A stretch of DNA of 64,000 nt from an uncultured delta proteobacterium (GTDB lineage Bacteria > Desulfobacterota > Desulfomonilia > Desulfomonilales > Desulfomonilaceae): NCBI GenBank assembly GCA_963789265.1, contig CAWBKB010000007.1, positions 460,398 through 524,397 of the forward strand, given 5' to 3'. Shown in pieces: positions 28,820-38,477 of this stretch. Numbering within the stretch: the stretch's first letter is position 1; every line of letters starts with the position of its first letter. The translations under genes were made by a program, and so were the position numbers. The notes beneath the pieces were generated by a model, which saw only the letters and a program-made list of their open reading frames with translations, did no database searches and had not been told where the DNA came from.

Positions 28820-29876
28820 TCACAGAAAGGGCCCGAAAGCCAATGATACACTTCCACCAATCATGTAGACTGTGCGGTTAAGGTCCGCGTCGTAAGTCTG
28901 GGTCACCTGTGTACCGTCACTCCCAGTAGAAGTAAAGTCCCCTTCGGCATGACTCCATAGAGAATTCACCGTTGCAAAAGCCCCCACGCTGCACAAGGGT
29001 GACATGCGAAGAAACGTAGTGCAAAGAGAGTTCCTCAAAAATCGCACGCTTTGAGACCGCGTCCATGCCATCCCTTACTACTGGGGTAGAACCACCGAAA
29101 GTCATTCCAAAAATCGTCCTGGTGCTTGCCCAGGGAGAACCGATACCCCTGAGTATCAGAGCGCTGCGGCATCCGGCCCATGCAGCTTCAAAGCCGACAT
29201 AGGGCTGTATGGAGCTTATGGTCAAATCCGACTCGTCGAAAATTGTTGAAAATCCCGGAATTGTGGGGGGATTCTGCATGAGGAGATAGAAAGAGTCCCA
29301 ACGCAACCCACCCATTACCGAAAGCCACGGCGCACAATTGACCCCGACGGCTCCATCTATGAGGCCCCACCGATATTTTGTGCACGCCGACCAATCGCGG
29401 CTGATAAAGAGAGGAGGTGTTGCACAAATCGCAGTCTGGCTGGTGGCGGTCTCTGACGAGGGGATGAGGTATCTGCTTTCTGCCCGAGCGTAGAGGCATT
29501 CACCAAGCGGAACACGTGCCGAGCCGCCTACCCACACTCCATTCACTTTGTTGAACTGGATGAAAGTGGTTTCTTCACCAATCACTCCGCTCGTTCCTTC
29601 GGTGGAGAACTTGATCTTTCCGGCATCATCATTGACCTGCCACGCCGCGTAAGAGCCGAACAACACCGGTGGCTTAAGACAAGGGGGATAGGGCTGACAC
29701 AGCGATGCACCGCAACCGGGGCCACCTTGCAACGGCCCCACACCTGGAACTCCGACGCCTGGAGGTCCTCCCGGAACAGGACCCGGCACGCCGGCGGGCC
29801 ACATTTGAGCGCCCGCAATAGTTGCACCGGCGCAAAGGATTAAGAGGCAAGAGGCCATGAGGACGAGTCGTTTCAT
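28820..29876 (-). CDS. Exported, probable outer-membrane beta-barrel protein; +1 frameshift near 29012
   Basis: MKRL signal peptide, Pro/Gly linker, amphipathic strands; ORFs 28917..29888 and 28820..29071 join at a T-run; paralogue of 58263..59558. Confidence 0.65.
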
Positions 29877-30518
29877 ATCAACCTCCACGGGTCAGTGGTG
29901 GATCCTTCGGCATACACAATTGATAATTTCCTGATGTCAATTCAGAAAATTATCTGCATTCTTTATACCAAATTATGACTTAAATGTCAATCTATAGATT
30001 AGTAATCTAATATAACATATTAATTATATAAATGTTATTATTGGAAAATCGTTCGGTCTCGTTCCCTTTGGGGTAGCTCTGGGCACTGAATCCCCATTAC
30101 AGCGAACGTGAGCGATAATTCCCCACGCGCTGAGGACCAAGTTGCCTTAAGGACAATCTTTTTTATGGTGCGGGCCTTTTACACCCAAGCAAGTCCCGCT
30201 TGTAATGATTGTTGGTTGGTCTTCCCTAGTAGCTCCATAGGATAATCGCCTGAAATGACCGGTCATTATTTTTTGCCCGCCATGATTACGTTTGGCATGA
30301 AATGTGCATTTACCAAGCGGTGGGGACGGCGTGGTTTTCGTGTCGCTACGCCAAAACACTCCACAAATTTGCGCTCATACAAGTGGGGGGACGGGCCGAA
30401 GGGGCTCCGACAAATCGAAGTTTGGTCGCTATTTTAATTTCGGTGCGTGCTCCCTTTTTATAATGGTGCGCGGGCAGTTGCGGGCAGGGTGCACATGCCA
30501 ACATGCTTCAAAAAGGGA

Positions 30519-31472
30519 ATGATCATGTTGAATCAGATGAGGTTGATGCGCGCTGCTGAGTCGGGGAGTCTCGAACGGATAGAGATATTGGTTGCCAAGG
30601 GGACGGACATTGACGGCAGGGACCAATATGGCGCCACCGCATTGATGAAGAGCAGCCTATGGGGGGAACTGGCTACAGCAGAACTGCTCCTGGATTTTGG
30701 CGCAGAAGTAAATGCCCGGGAGACGGTATTCGGGTCTACTGCATTGATATTTGCTTCGCTGGCAGGTCATACCGAGGTAGTGCGGCTTCTCCTCAAACGT
30801 GGAGCAGAAGTGAATTCGGCCACCCGAGTAGGCGGAACAGCGTTGATGGCAGCAGCCAGAGAAGGGCACGGAGAAGTGGTCGAAATGCTCCTCGAAAATG
30901 GAGCAGAGGTTGGTTGCCGAGATAAAAGGGGCTTTTCTGCACTGACCGAAGCCTCGAGAGAAGGGCACCTGAGTGTAGTGCAGATGCTTATTGCGGCGTC
31001 CGCCGATCCGCACACTGCGGACCGCGATGGCCGAACGTCATTGTTCTGGGCGTGTTACAAAGGCCATGCGGCGGTTGCCAGGCTGCTATTGGACTCGGGA
31101 GCCATGCCCGATCGCAAAGACCGACACGACAACACACCACTGGTCTGGGCCTGCTTCAAGAACCACATGGCTGTGGCCGAGATGCTGCTGGACCATGGTG
31201 CTGACGTCAACTACGAGACGAGAACGGGCTATTCCCCTTTGCTGATAGCTTCCGCGGCAGGTCACAGACGAATGGTGAACTTGCTCTTGGAAAGGGGCGC
31301 AGATATTAATTCGGCCAATTATAGGGGCTATACGGCCTTATTTGTGGCTTGTGCCGCGTGGCGTGCCGACGTAATAAAAGCGCTAGTACTCAGGCATTTA
31401 AGCCAGGGAAGAGCTATTGTTTCTTCTCAACATAAGCTTGCACCATCCCGCAATGATGAGGAAATAAGTTAA
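30519..31472 (+). CDS. Ankyrin-repeat protein
   Basis: ~8-9 GxTAL/PLxxA..GH.EVV.LLL..GA.VN repeats. Confidence 0.92.
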   Translation: MIMLNQMRLMRAAESGSLERIEILVAKGTDIDGRDQYGATALMKSSLWGELATAELLLDFGAEVNARETVFGSTALIFASLAGHTEVVRLLLKRGAEVNSATRVGGTALMAAAREGHGEVVEMLLENGAEVGCRDKRGFSALTEASREGHLSVVQMLIAASADPHTADRDGRTSLFWACYKGHAAVARLLLDSGAMPDRKDRHDNTPLVWACFKNHMAVAEMLLDHGADVNYETRTGYSPLLIASAAGHRRMVNLLLERGADINSANYRGYTALFVACAAWRADVIKALVLRHLSQGRAIVSSQHKLAPSRNDEEIS

Positions 31473-31568
31473 CCGACTTGCATGTCGGACAAGCGCGAAT
31501 GAAATTAAAGCAAGAAGGGGGGCAAGTTGCTAATTGAGACGCGTTGCTATGGATCGAGGGAGACAACT

Positions 31569-31847
31569 ATGAACAAAAACAAAGTGAAGGCAAAAGGGTC
31601 TGTTGAACTCCAAGAGGCGATCGGATACTTGGAAAATATACTGCAAGGCATGAAAGACGGCAGGGTTGTTGTGAACCGGGGAGATCAATCTGTTACGTTT
31701 CAGCCTGCGGACGCCATGGACATGGAAATTGAGGCAAAGCATAAGGACGGCGAGCAGGAGCTTTCTCTAGAATTGAAAAGGCGAGAGCGCCGGCATGTTG
31801 GCGAGATGGAGGGACTGACCATATCGTCGCAAGAGGGAAGTGCTTAA
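31569..31847 (+). CDS. Amphi-Trp-domain-like protein
   Basis: EAIGYLENILQGMKDGRV..MEIEAK..ELSLELK pattern; GAGGGAG RBS. Confidence 0.7.
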   Translation: MNKNKVKAKGSVELQEAIGYLENILQGMKDGRVVVNRGDQSVTFQPADAMDMEIEAKHKDGEQELSLELKRRERRHVGEMEGLTISSQEGSA

Positions 31848-31984
31848 GCATCAAATGATGTTTCAGCGTGCAAAAACAGCATGTTTAGCGTAACGGCCCG
31901 GCCGGCCTTGACTTCAGATCCCCGGTTTTGGCGAAAGAGTCGAGGCCGGAAGGGCGTTACCTCTAGGAAATTATATCCATTTTT

Positions 31985-32230
31985 CTCGTTCCCACGCTCT
32001 GCATGGGAATGCGTGTCAGCGAGGCTCTGCCTCGACCATTGTAGTTTAACAAAGGCAGTTCGCGGGCAGAGCCCGCAAGGTATGGGTTCCCAGGCGGAGC
32101 TTGGGAACCAGAAAAAGATGCCCGTCCTACGGATCAGATTGCACTCCTTACTATCTGGCTCGTGGCGCAGACTTTCCAGTCTGCGGTTTCTCATCTCAGG
32201 TTTGGCGGACTGGAAAGTCCGCCCCACGGC
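31985..32230. repeat. Cluster of REP-like palindromes
   Basis: ttccca..tgggaa arms (31989-32110) and gtggcgcagactttccagtctgcg / gcggactggaaagtccgccccac. Confidence 0.65.
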
Positions 32231-32288
32231 GCAATGACAGTCGTTTACCGCTCGTAACTTAATGATTACGACCAGTTATTCATTTTTG

Positions 32289-32317
32289 TTGACAAGTGAA
32301 TACTGCTACTCTAAAGT
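32289..32317 (+). promoter_or_regulatory. Sigma-70-type promoter
   Basis: TTGACA-17nt-TAAAGT upstream of 32386 ORF. Confidence 0.5.
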
Positions 32318-32385
32318 AATTTTAGTATAGTTTATGTGCAGGCGTGTCGAGTATTTGCTTCGCCGGGTAATCGCCAACCGGGGTT

Positions 32386-32790
32386 ATGGGGGAAGCCATG
32401 TATTCCGGGAAGAGTCTTGACGACTTGATAGAGGCAGGGTGGCATGTAATAGACACGGAATTTGACGCGGGGGCCTTCTATTACTGGAAGAAAAAAGCTC
32501 TGGATTTTCTAACGGATTTTGTTGGGCCTGACCACGAGTCCACCCGGAGTTTCAAGAACTGCATTGAACAAACCAAAGGATTTGATCCTCTCGATCACAG
32601 GAGTATTCTCACGGCTGCGTCGAAGGACACTTGTGCGATCGAAGAGGAAGGCGAGCGCCTGTTTCTAGCATCGTCTGAATGTCCGACAGCAATTCACTTT
32701 CGAGCAAATGAGACCGTGTCTCTTGTGGAGGCGAGTTTCAAACCCGCCCTCACATGTCGTCATGCCCGTGTACGCAAGAATCCATTGTAG
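32386..32790 (+). CDS. Hypothetical protein
   Basis: Protein-like N-terminal half (LIEAGWHVIDTEFD..W...ALDFL..VGPDH); promoter upstream; C-terminus uncertain. Confidence 0.55.
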   Translation: MGEAMYSGKSLDDLIEAGWHVIDTEFDAGAFYYWKKKALDFLTDFVGPDHESTRSFKNCIEQTKGFDPLDHRSILTAASKDTCAIEEEGERLFLASSECPTAIHFRANETVSLVEASFKPALTCRHARVRKNPL

Positions 32791-32803
32791 GGGGAGACCT
32801 GCG

Positions 32804-33012
32804 GAAACTGTCTCAAAACTATTTTGATGCCCAGAATCGTGCCACGATTCAGGCTCATTCGTATAGTCGTCGCCCTCACCCCAACCCTCTCCCTCTGGGA
32901 GAGGGCGCAGATCCAGGGCAGTTTTGCACTTCCCTCGCCCTCTGGGAGAGGGACACAGGGTGAGGGATTCGTGCTACGATTCCGACCGCTTCATTGTTTT
33001 TGAGACAGTTTC
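32804..33012 (+). mobile_element. MITE copy 3 (209 bp)
   Basis: Perfect 15-bp TIR GAAACTGTCTCAAAA; TSD TGCG. Confidence 0.9.
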
Positions 33013-33276
33013 TGCGTGCCTGCCCTGGACGGACACACTGGTCCGCCCCTTCATCCCTCGGATATGACACCTTGCCTTTTCCGCATACCGTCAGATCTTC
33101 TCATACACCTCAGTCTCGTGATATGGTGCCCGTGGACTTGGCCGTGAAAGCGTGCTGAGGTGGTCCACCGTAGCTGCAAAGGTAGGGTAAACAGGTGGTT
33201 CCATTTCAAAGAAGGCACCGTGGCAGAGGTTCATACGTCGTTGTATTGCCTGAATATTGTGTAGAGGTGGCGGTAG

Positions 33277-34485
33277 ATGGTTCGGCCGGCCATTATAGAT
33301 CGGTATGTCTTTCGGGAGGTGGTTGTTACCGTTTCTCTTTTGTTTTGCCGTTTTCCTCGCTGCCGGTCTTATCGCGGGTTTTCTCCCGCTTCTTCAGAAA
33401 GGTATGGAAGCCGGCCTTGGGCTGACTCTAATTCTGTTTCAAGTCTTGATTAGCGCCCTTCCGGCCACGCTGGTGACAGTGCTGCCGCTGTCTCTGATGA
33501 TCGGTATCCTGCTTGGGCTCGGGCGTATGGCAGCAGACAATGAGGTTGCAGCCATAAAATCAGCGGGCGTCTCCGTACTGCGTCTGCTTCCGCCAGTCCT
33601 ATTCCTCGGTCTGATTGCCTTCATTCTCAGCCTTGTCTGCACTCTAAGTCTCATTCCCAAAGGTGTTTCGGCAGAGCGCAGGCTCATGCAAGAAGCCGTT
33701 ACCCAGCGGGCCGACGCGGGAATCGAGGAACGAACGTTTCTTTGATTCGCTCAAAAACCTCATACTTTACGTCGAGGAGATTGACTCCGCTACCGGCGTG
33801 ATGAGCCGAGTATTTATCAGGGAGTCTTCACAGCCGGATGAAGTCACCACAATCCTTGCCCAAAAAGGAAAAGTGATTCCCGATCCCGCGGGAAAGGCGT
33901 TCATTTTGAACTTGCGTAACGGCACCGTTCTCAAAGAGGACAAGAGCGGCGGCTCAACCGGCAGTCTTGCTTTTGAGAGCTATATCTATCGGTACCCGCT
34001 GGCGCATGCGGGTGCGGCTAACCCCACAAAATCATTTGAGGAGATGTCCATTGCTGGAGTGCGCGGTCGAGTGCGGGCTGTTATGGCTAAGGAAACCACA
34101 GGGAATCCCGCAGAAATAGCGTATATTCATAGAGTTGACAACTTCGCCCGTATTCTCATAGCGCAACGATTCATTCATCCGCTTGCGTGCATTGCTTTGG
34201 CACTCATAGCCTTCCCCCTGGGTGTGTTGAACATCGGGCGGAGCAGGCTGAACAACGTACCCCTGGGGTTGGTGATGATCTTCATTTATTACGCCTTTAC
34301 ACTTGCAACAGAACGAATGGCCCGTTCCGGCTTGGCGCCGCCGGAACTTGTGCTGCCGCTCCCACCTCTGGTTTTCATAGTCATTGCGGCTTACTTTATT
34401 CGATGCGTTCAAATGGAGCGAATCCCGCGGCTGGCTCGTTTCTCTCCAGACCCTAATGTTGCAGGTACGGCGGAACAGGATATGA
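33277..34485 (+). CDS. lptF: LptF/LptG-family LPS export permease; apparent frameshifts near 33320, 33740, 34443
   Basis: IIDRYVFREV; GRMAADNEVAAIKSAGVS; RFIHPLACIALALIAFPLG spread over successive frames. Confidence 0.8.
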
Positions 34486-34494
34486 TTTTGTATG

Positions 34495-34716
34495 TCATTT
34501 TCTTTTCTCTATCCTGCTCTGAAGTTCCTCGAAAGAGAGGAGGTCTCCAGGATGAGCCTCATAGCTCTTAATTCTTTTGTCCAATTCGTCCAAATGGCTC
34601 TGAGGTACAGGCACGCCGGTCTCATCTGAAGCAATGCCGTCCCACAGGTTTTCCACCAACAGGATCTTTTCCGGCGCACTTAGCCGCGCAATTTCGGGAA
34701 TGTGACTTACACGCAT
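34495..34716 (-). CDS. Addiction-module component (TIGR02574-like antitoxin), orphan
   Basis: LSAPEKILLVENLWDGI..ELDKR..SFEEL. Confidence 0.8.
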   Translation of the reverse strand: MRVSHIPEIARLSAPEKILLVENLWDGIASDETGVPVPQSHLDELDKRIKSYEAHPGDLLSFEELQSRIEKRK

Positions 34717-34769
34717 CCTGTTTCTTCTCCCTTGCTGTGCAAGCAATAGTGCATGTGCGTAAAGGTTGT

Positions 34770-36665
34770 TTATTGTTCCCGGTATTTCTTCGTCAATGCA
34801 CGGATGTCCGTCTCGGTAAACTCCACACCGTGCTCTTCCATGAGCTCCGTCTCCACTTTGAGAAGTTCTTCCAGCCTGATGTCCGCGCCGAATACCCCGA
34901 TCATCTTACCCTGTTTGTCTCTTAGGGGAGCAGAGACAGTGATGCATAAGGCTCCGGTGATTCGCGACGTAAACGGGCCTACCACATGAATCTTGCCGTC
35001 CTTGACCGGCCTGATGAACCAGGGCCGATCGGAAAAGTCTTCGTGCGGCTTGAACGCTACATATTTTGCCCGCTCGGTGATGTCGGTAATATTTTCGGTG
35101 ACCTTCTTCCCCTCCATGTCCGCGACATAGCAGTATTGAATGAAGGGATACCTGCTCAGGAATTCGGTCATGGCCTTTTCCATAGTCTTTGGCTTGCTGG
35201 ATCTCATCGCGGTCGTTTCGGTAAAGCGCTCCACAATCTTGAAGGCCATCTCCCCGGCAATGAGCTTCATGCGATCCCAGTCCGAGATGAAAAGTTCGGG
35301 CATATACCGCTTGACCAGTGCTGTGATCTCCTTGTCGGACATTGCAGTCACACGCCCGGCGTCGTATAGCTCGGTAACAATGTCATAGATCTTGGAAATG
35401 GCCGGATGGCTTTTTTCGACCTTTTCCTCCATAGGCACATCCATTTTGGTATTGATCCAATGCGCAATGCCGGCCATACCGGACTTGTCGGTAATATTGA
35501 CTACAGGCGCCTTGCCCAGAATCTTCGTGGTATCGAAGACATTATAGATTTCCTCATTCTTAAGCGCACCGTCCACATGAACGCCTGCGCTGGTCGCATT
35601 GAAGGATTTGCCCAGCAAGGGATAATTTTCAGGAATGTGGTGTCCCAACTCACGCTCGAAATATTCCGCGACCTCGGTTATGGCCAGAGTGTTCATGCCG
35701 TCGGCCTGCCCTCGAATCGACATGTATTCGATCATAAGCGCTTCAATAGGAGTGTTTCCGGTTCTCTCGCCGATGCCGAGGAGAGTGCCGTTCACGCCCG
35801 AGCACCCGTAGAGCCATGCGTAGACCGCGTTGGTCAGAGATTTGTGAAAATCATTGTGCCCGTGCCATTCGAGCAAGTCTTCGGGGACATTGGCATCATC
35901 AATCATGGCCCGTATGAGCTTGGGCACGCTCCGAGGCAGCGCGGCCCCCGGATAGGTGACTCCAAAGCCCATGGTATCGCAAAGTCGTATCTTGATGTCC
36001 ACTCCCGATTCTTCACGGATTTCCATGAGCTTCTGGGCAAGTGGCACACAGAAACCGTAAATGTCCGCCCTGGTCACATCCTCAAAGTGGCATCTGGGCA
36101 GTATTCCCTTTTCGAGAGTGACTCGGACCATGTCCACATATTTGTCCATTGCCTTCTTGCGATCCAATCCCATTTTGAGGAAGATATGGTAATCCGAGAC
36201 CGACGTTAAAATCCCGGTCTCTGTAAGACCCGCTGCCCTTAAATAGGACAGGTCTTTCTTGTGCGCTCTTATCCAGCCGGTAATTGAAGGGTATTGATAA
36301 CCTTTGCTCCGGCAGCGCTCCAGAGCTTCGCGGTCCTTCTTCGTGTACACGAAGAACTCCGACTGCCGAATGATGCCGCGGGGGCCGGAGAGCTTATGGA
36401 GGAAATCAAAAAGTGCGGACATCTGATCCACGGTGAATGGTGGCCTGGCCTGCTGCCCGTCGCGGAACGTGGTATCGGTAATAAGGAAATTCCTGGCCGG
36501 ATTAATCGGCAGTATCGCAAAATCGAAGTCTACTTTGGGCACTTCAGAGTACGGGAAAATATTTCGCAATAGGTTCGGTTCGCTCACCTCGCGGAGGGAC
36601 CTCTCCTTATGAAACTTGTTGAACTCGTGATACAGAACTCCTCTTTTAGGATCCCAACTGGCCAT
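34770..36665 (-). CDS. DRE-TIM (HMGL-like) enzyme, Re-citrate-synthase-like, with C-terminal Cache/PDC domain
   Basis: ITDTTFRDGQQ, RCHFED, EWHGHNDF, GIGERTGN; C-terminal DFSDRPWF..FTSRITGALCITVSAP..GVFGADI. Confidence 0.85.
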   Translation of the reverse strand: MASWDPKRGVLYHEFNKFHKERSLREVSEPNLLRNIFPYSEVPKVDFDFAILPINPARNFLITDTTFRDGQQARPPFTVDQMSALFDFLHKLSGPRGIIRQSEFFVYTKKDREALERCRSKGYQYPSITGWIRAHKKDLSYLRAAGLTETGILTSVSDYHIFLKMGLDRKKAMDKYVDMVRVTLEKGILPRCHFEDVTRADIYGFCVPLAQKLMEIREESGVDIKIRLCDTMGFGVTYPGAALPRSVPKLIRAMIDDANVPEDLLEWHGHNDFHKSLTNAVYAWLYGCSGVNGTLLGIGERTGNTPIEALMIEYMSIRGQADGMNTLAITEVAEYFERELGHHIPENYPLLGKSFNATSAGVHVDGALKNEEIYNVFDTTKILGKAPVVNITDKSGMAGIAHWINTKMDVPMEEKVEKSHPAISKIYDIVTELYDAGRVTAMSDKEITALVKRYMPELFISDWDRMKLIAGEMAFKIVERFTETTAMRSSKPKTMEKAMTEFLSRYPFIQYCYVADMEGKKVTENITDITERAKYVAFKPHEDFSDRPWFIRPVKDGKIHVVGPFTSRITGALCITVSAPLRDKQGKMIGVFGADIRLEELLKVETELMEEHGVEFTETDIRALTKKYREQ

Positions 36666-36683
36666 ACTCGGCCTCCACTTTTG

Positions 36684-38477
36684 TTATTTCTTGATCTTCA
36701 CTTTCAGGCCCAACTCTTTGAGCTGTTCCGGACTCACCGGAGCAGGGGCTCCAGTAAGCGGGCAAGTCGCCTTCTGTGTCTTGGGGAACGCAATCACCTC
36801 GCGGATCGACTCTGAGCCCGTGAGAATTGCCAGCATCCTGTCTACCCCCAGAGCTATTCCTCCGTGAGGAGGGGCTCCGTATTGGAGTGCTTCCAGGAGG
36901 AAGCCGAACTTTTCCTCGGCCTGTTCCGGACTGATCTGCAGAGCAGAAAACACCTTTTGCTGAACGTCGTTCCTGTGGATTCTCATGCTTCCTCCGCCGA
37001 CCTCCGTGCCGTTGAGAACCAGATCGTACGCTCTGGCGCGGACCTTCAGAGGATCTGTTTCCAGCAAAGCCAGGTCTTCCTCTCTAGGAGAGGTGAAAGG
37101 GTGATGCATGGCCTTAAAACGTTTTTCTTCCTCATCATACTCGAACATGGGGAAGTCGGTGATCCAAAGAAATTCAAGTGTTCCCTGCGGAATTTCGCCG
37201 AGCTTTTCGGCCAAGCTATTTCTCAAATTTCCAAGTACGTCGTTCACGACTCGAACCGAGTCCGCAGCAAAGAGTATGACATCACCGGCATTCGCTTGCA
37301 TTTTGTCGTAAATGGCGAAACGTTCCTCCGGACTGAGAAACTTGGCGATAGGGGATTGCCATGCACCTGCCTCCTTGATGCGGGTGTACGCGACCCCTTT
37401 TCCACCGTAAATCGCTGCAAAATCGCGAAGATCGTCAAGATCTTTTCTGGAAAGCCTTTCCCCTCGTTCCGCTTTGAGGGCTTTTACGATCCCGCCGGCT
37501 TCCAGGGCAGATCGGAACACACCGAACTTCGTGTCTCTTACGATATCCGTAAGATCTACAAGTTCCATTCTGAAGCGGATATCAGGCTTGTCAACACCAT
37601 ACCGTGAAACCGCTTCGTCATACGTGAGCGCCGGGAACGGAAGAGTGAGATGAATTCCGAGAATCTCCTTGAATATCCCGGCCATCATGCGTTCGACAAT
37701 GTCGAAAAGCCGATCTTCCTCAATAAACGAGGTTTCGATGTCCAACTGAGTGAATTCAGGCTGGCGATCTGCGCGAAGATCCTCGTCGCGAAAACAGCGG
37801 ACAATCTGATAATAGCGTTCAAAACCGGCAATCATGAGAATCTGCTTGAATAGCTGAGGCGACTGAGGAAGCGCGTAAAAGCTACCGGGAGAAATCCGGC
37901 TCGGAACGAGGTAGTCTCTTGCTCCCTCCGGCGTGCTGGTCGTAAGGAACGGAGTCTCAATGTCCGTGAAATCTTCATTGTTAAGGAAATTTCTAACAAC
38001 CGCCATGAACCGATGTCGGATCAGCAGGTTGTTCCGGGCTCCCGCGGCCCTTCTAAGATCGAGGTAGCGATAACGATACCGCACCGCATCGGTGGGGACA
38101 GTATCGTCATCCAGCGGGAATGGTGGCGGCTCCGATCGGTTGAGAATCTTCACTTCATCGACAAATACCTCTATGGTTCCTGTCGGCATATCAGGATTCA
38201 AGGATTCTTCCGGACGACGGCGAACCAAACCTTTTGCTGCCAACACCCATTCGGGTCTCAGAAAATGCGCGCGAGCGTGCGCGTCATGAGAGTATTCCGG
38301 GTTAAACACGAGTTGGACGATTCCGCGGCGGTCCCTGAGATCGACGAAAATCACTCCGCCGTGGTCCCGGCGCCGCAGGGCCCAACCCATGACGACAACC
38401 TGAGTGTCTACATCTTGGTCAGTAATATCGGTTGACAGATGTGTCCTTTCCCATCCGTCCAACGCGTCGAGTTTCAA
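36684..38477 (-). CDS. aspS: Aspartate-tRNA ligase (RRRDHGG, non-discriminating-type signature)
   Basis: RRRDHGGVIFVDLRD, LPQSPQLFKQ, FRDEDLRADRQPEF, PPHGGIALGVDR. Confidence 0.98.
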   Translation of the reverse strand: MKLDALDGWERTHLSTDITDQDVDTQVVVMGWALRRRDHGGVIFVDLRDRRGIVQLVFNPEYSHDAHARAHFLRPEWVLAAKGLVRRRPEESLNPDMPTGTIEVFVDEVKILNRSEPPPFPLDDDTVPTDAVRYRYRYLDLRRAAGARNNLLIRHRFMAVVRNFLNNEDFTDIETPFLTTSTPEGARDYLVPSRISPGSFYALPQSPQLFKQILMIAGFERYYQIVRCFRDEDLRADRQPEFTQLDIETSFIEEDRLFDIVERMMAGIFKEILGIHLTLPFPALTYDEAVSRYGVDKPDIRFRMELVDLTDIVRDTKFGVFRSALEAGGIVKALKAERGERLSRKDLDDLRDFAAIYGGKGVAYTRIKEAGAWQSPIAKFLSPEERFAIYDKMQANAGDVILFAADSVRVVNDVLGNLRNSLAEKLGEIPQGTLEFLWITDFPMFEYDEEEKRFKAMHHPFTSPREEDLALLETDPLKVRARAYDLVLNGTEVGGGSMRIHRNDVQQKVFSALQISPEQAEEKFGFLLEALQYGAPPHGGIALGVDRMLAILTGSESIREVIAFPKTQKATCPLTGAPAPVSPEQLKELGLKVKIKK

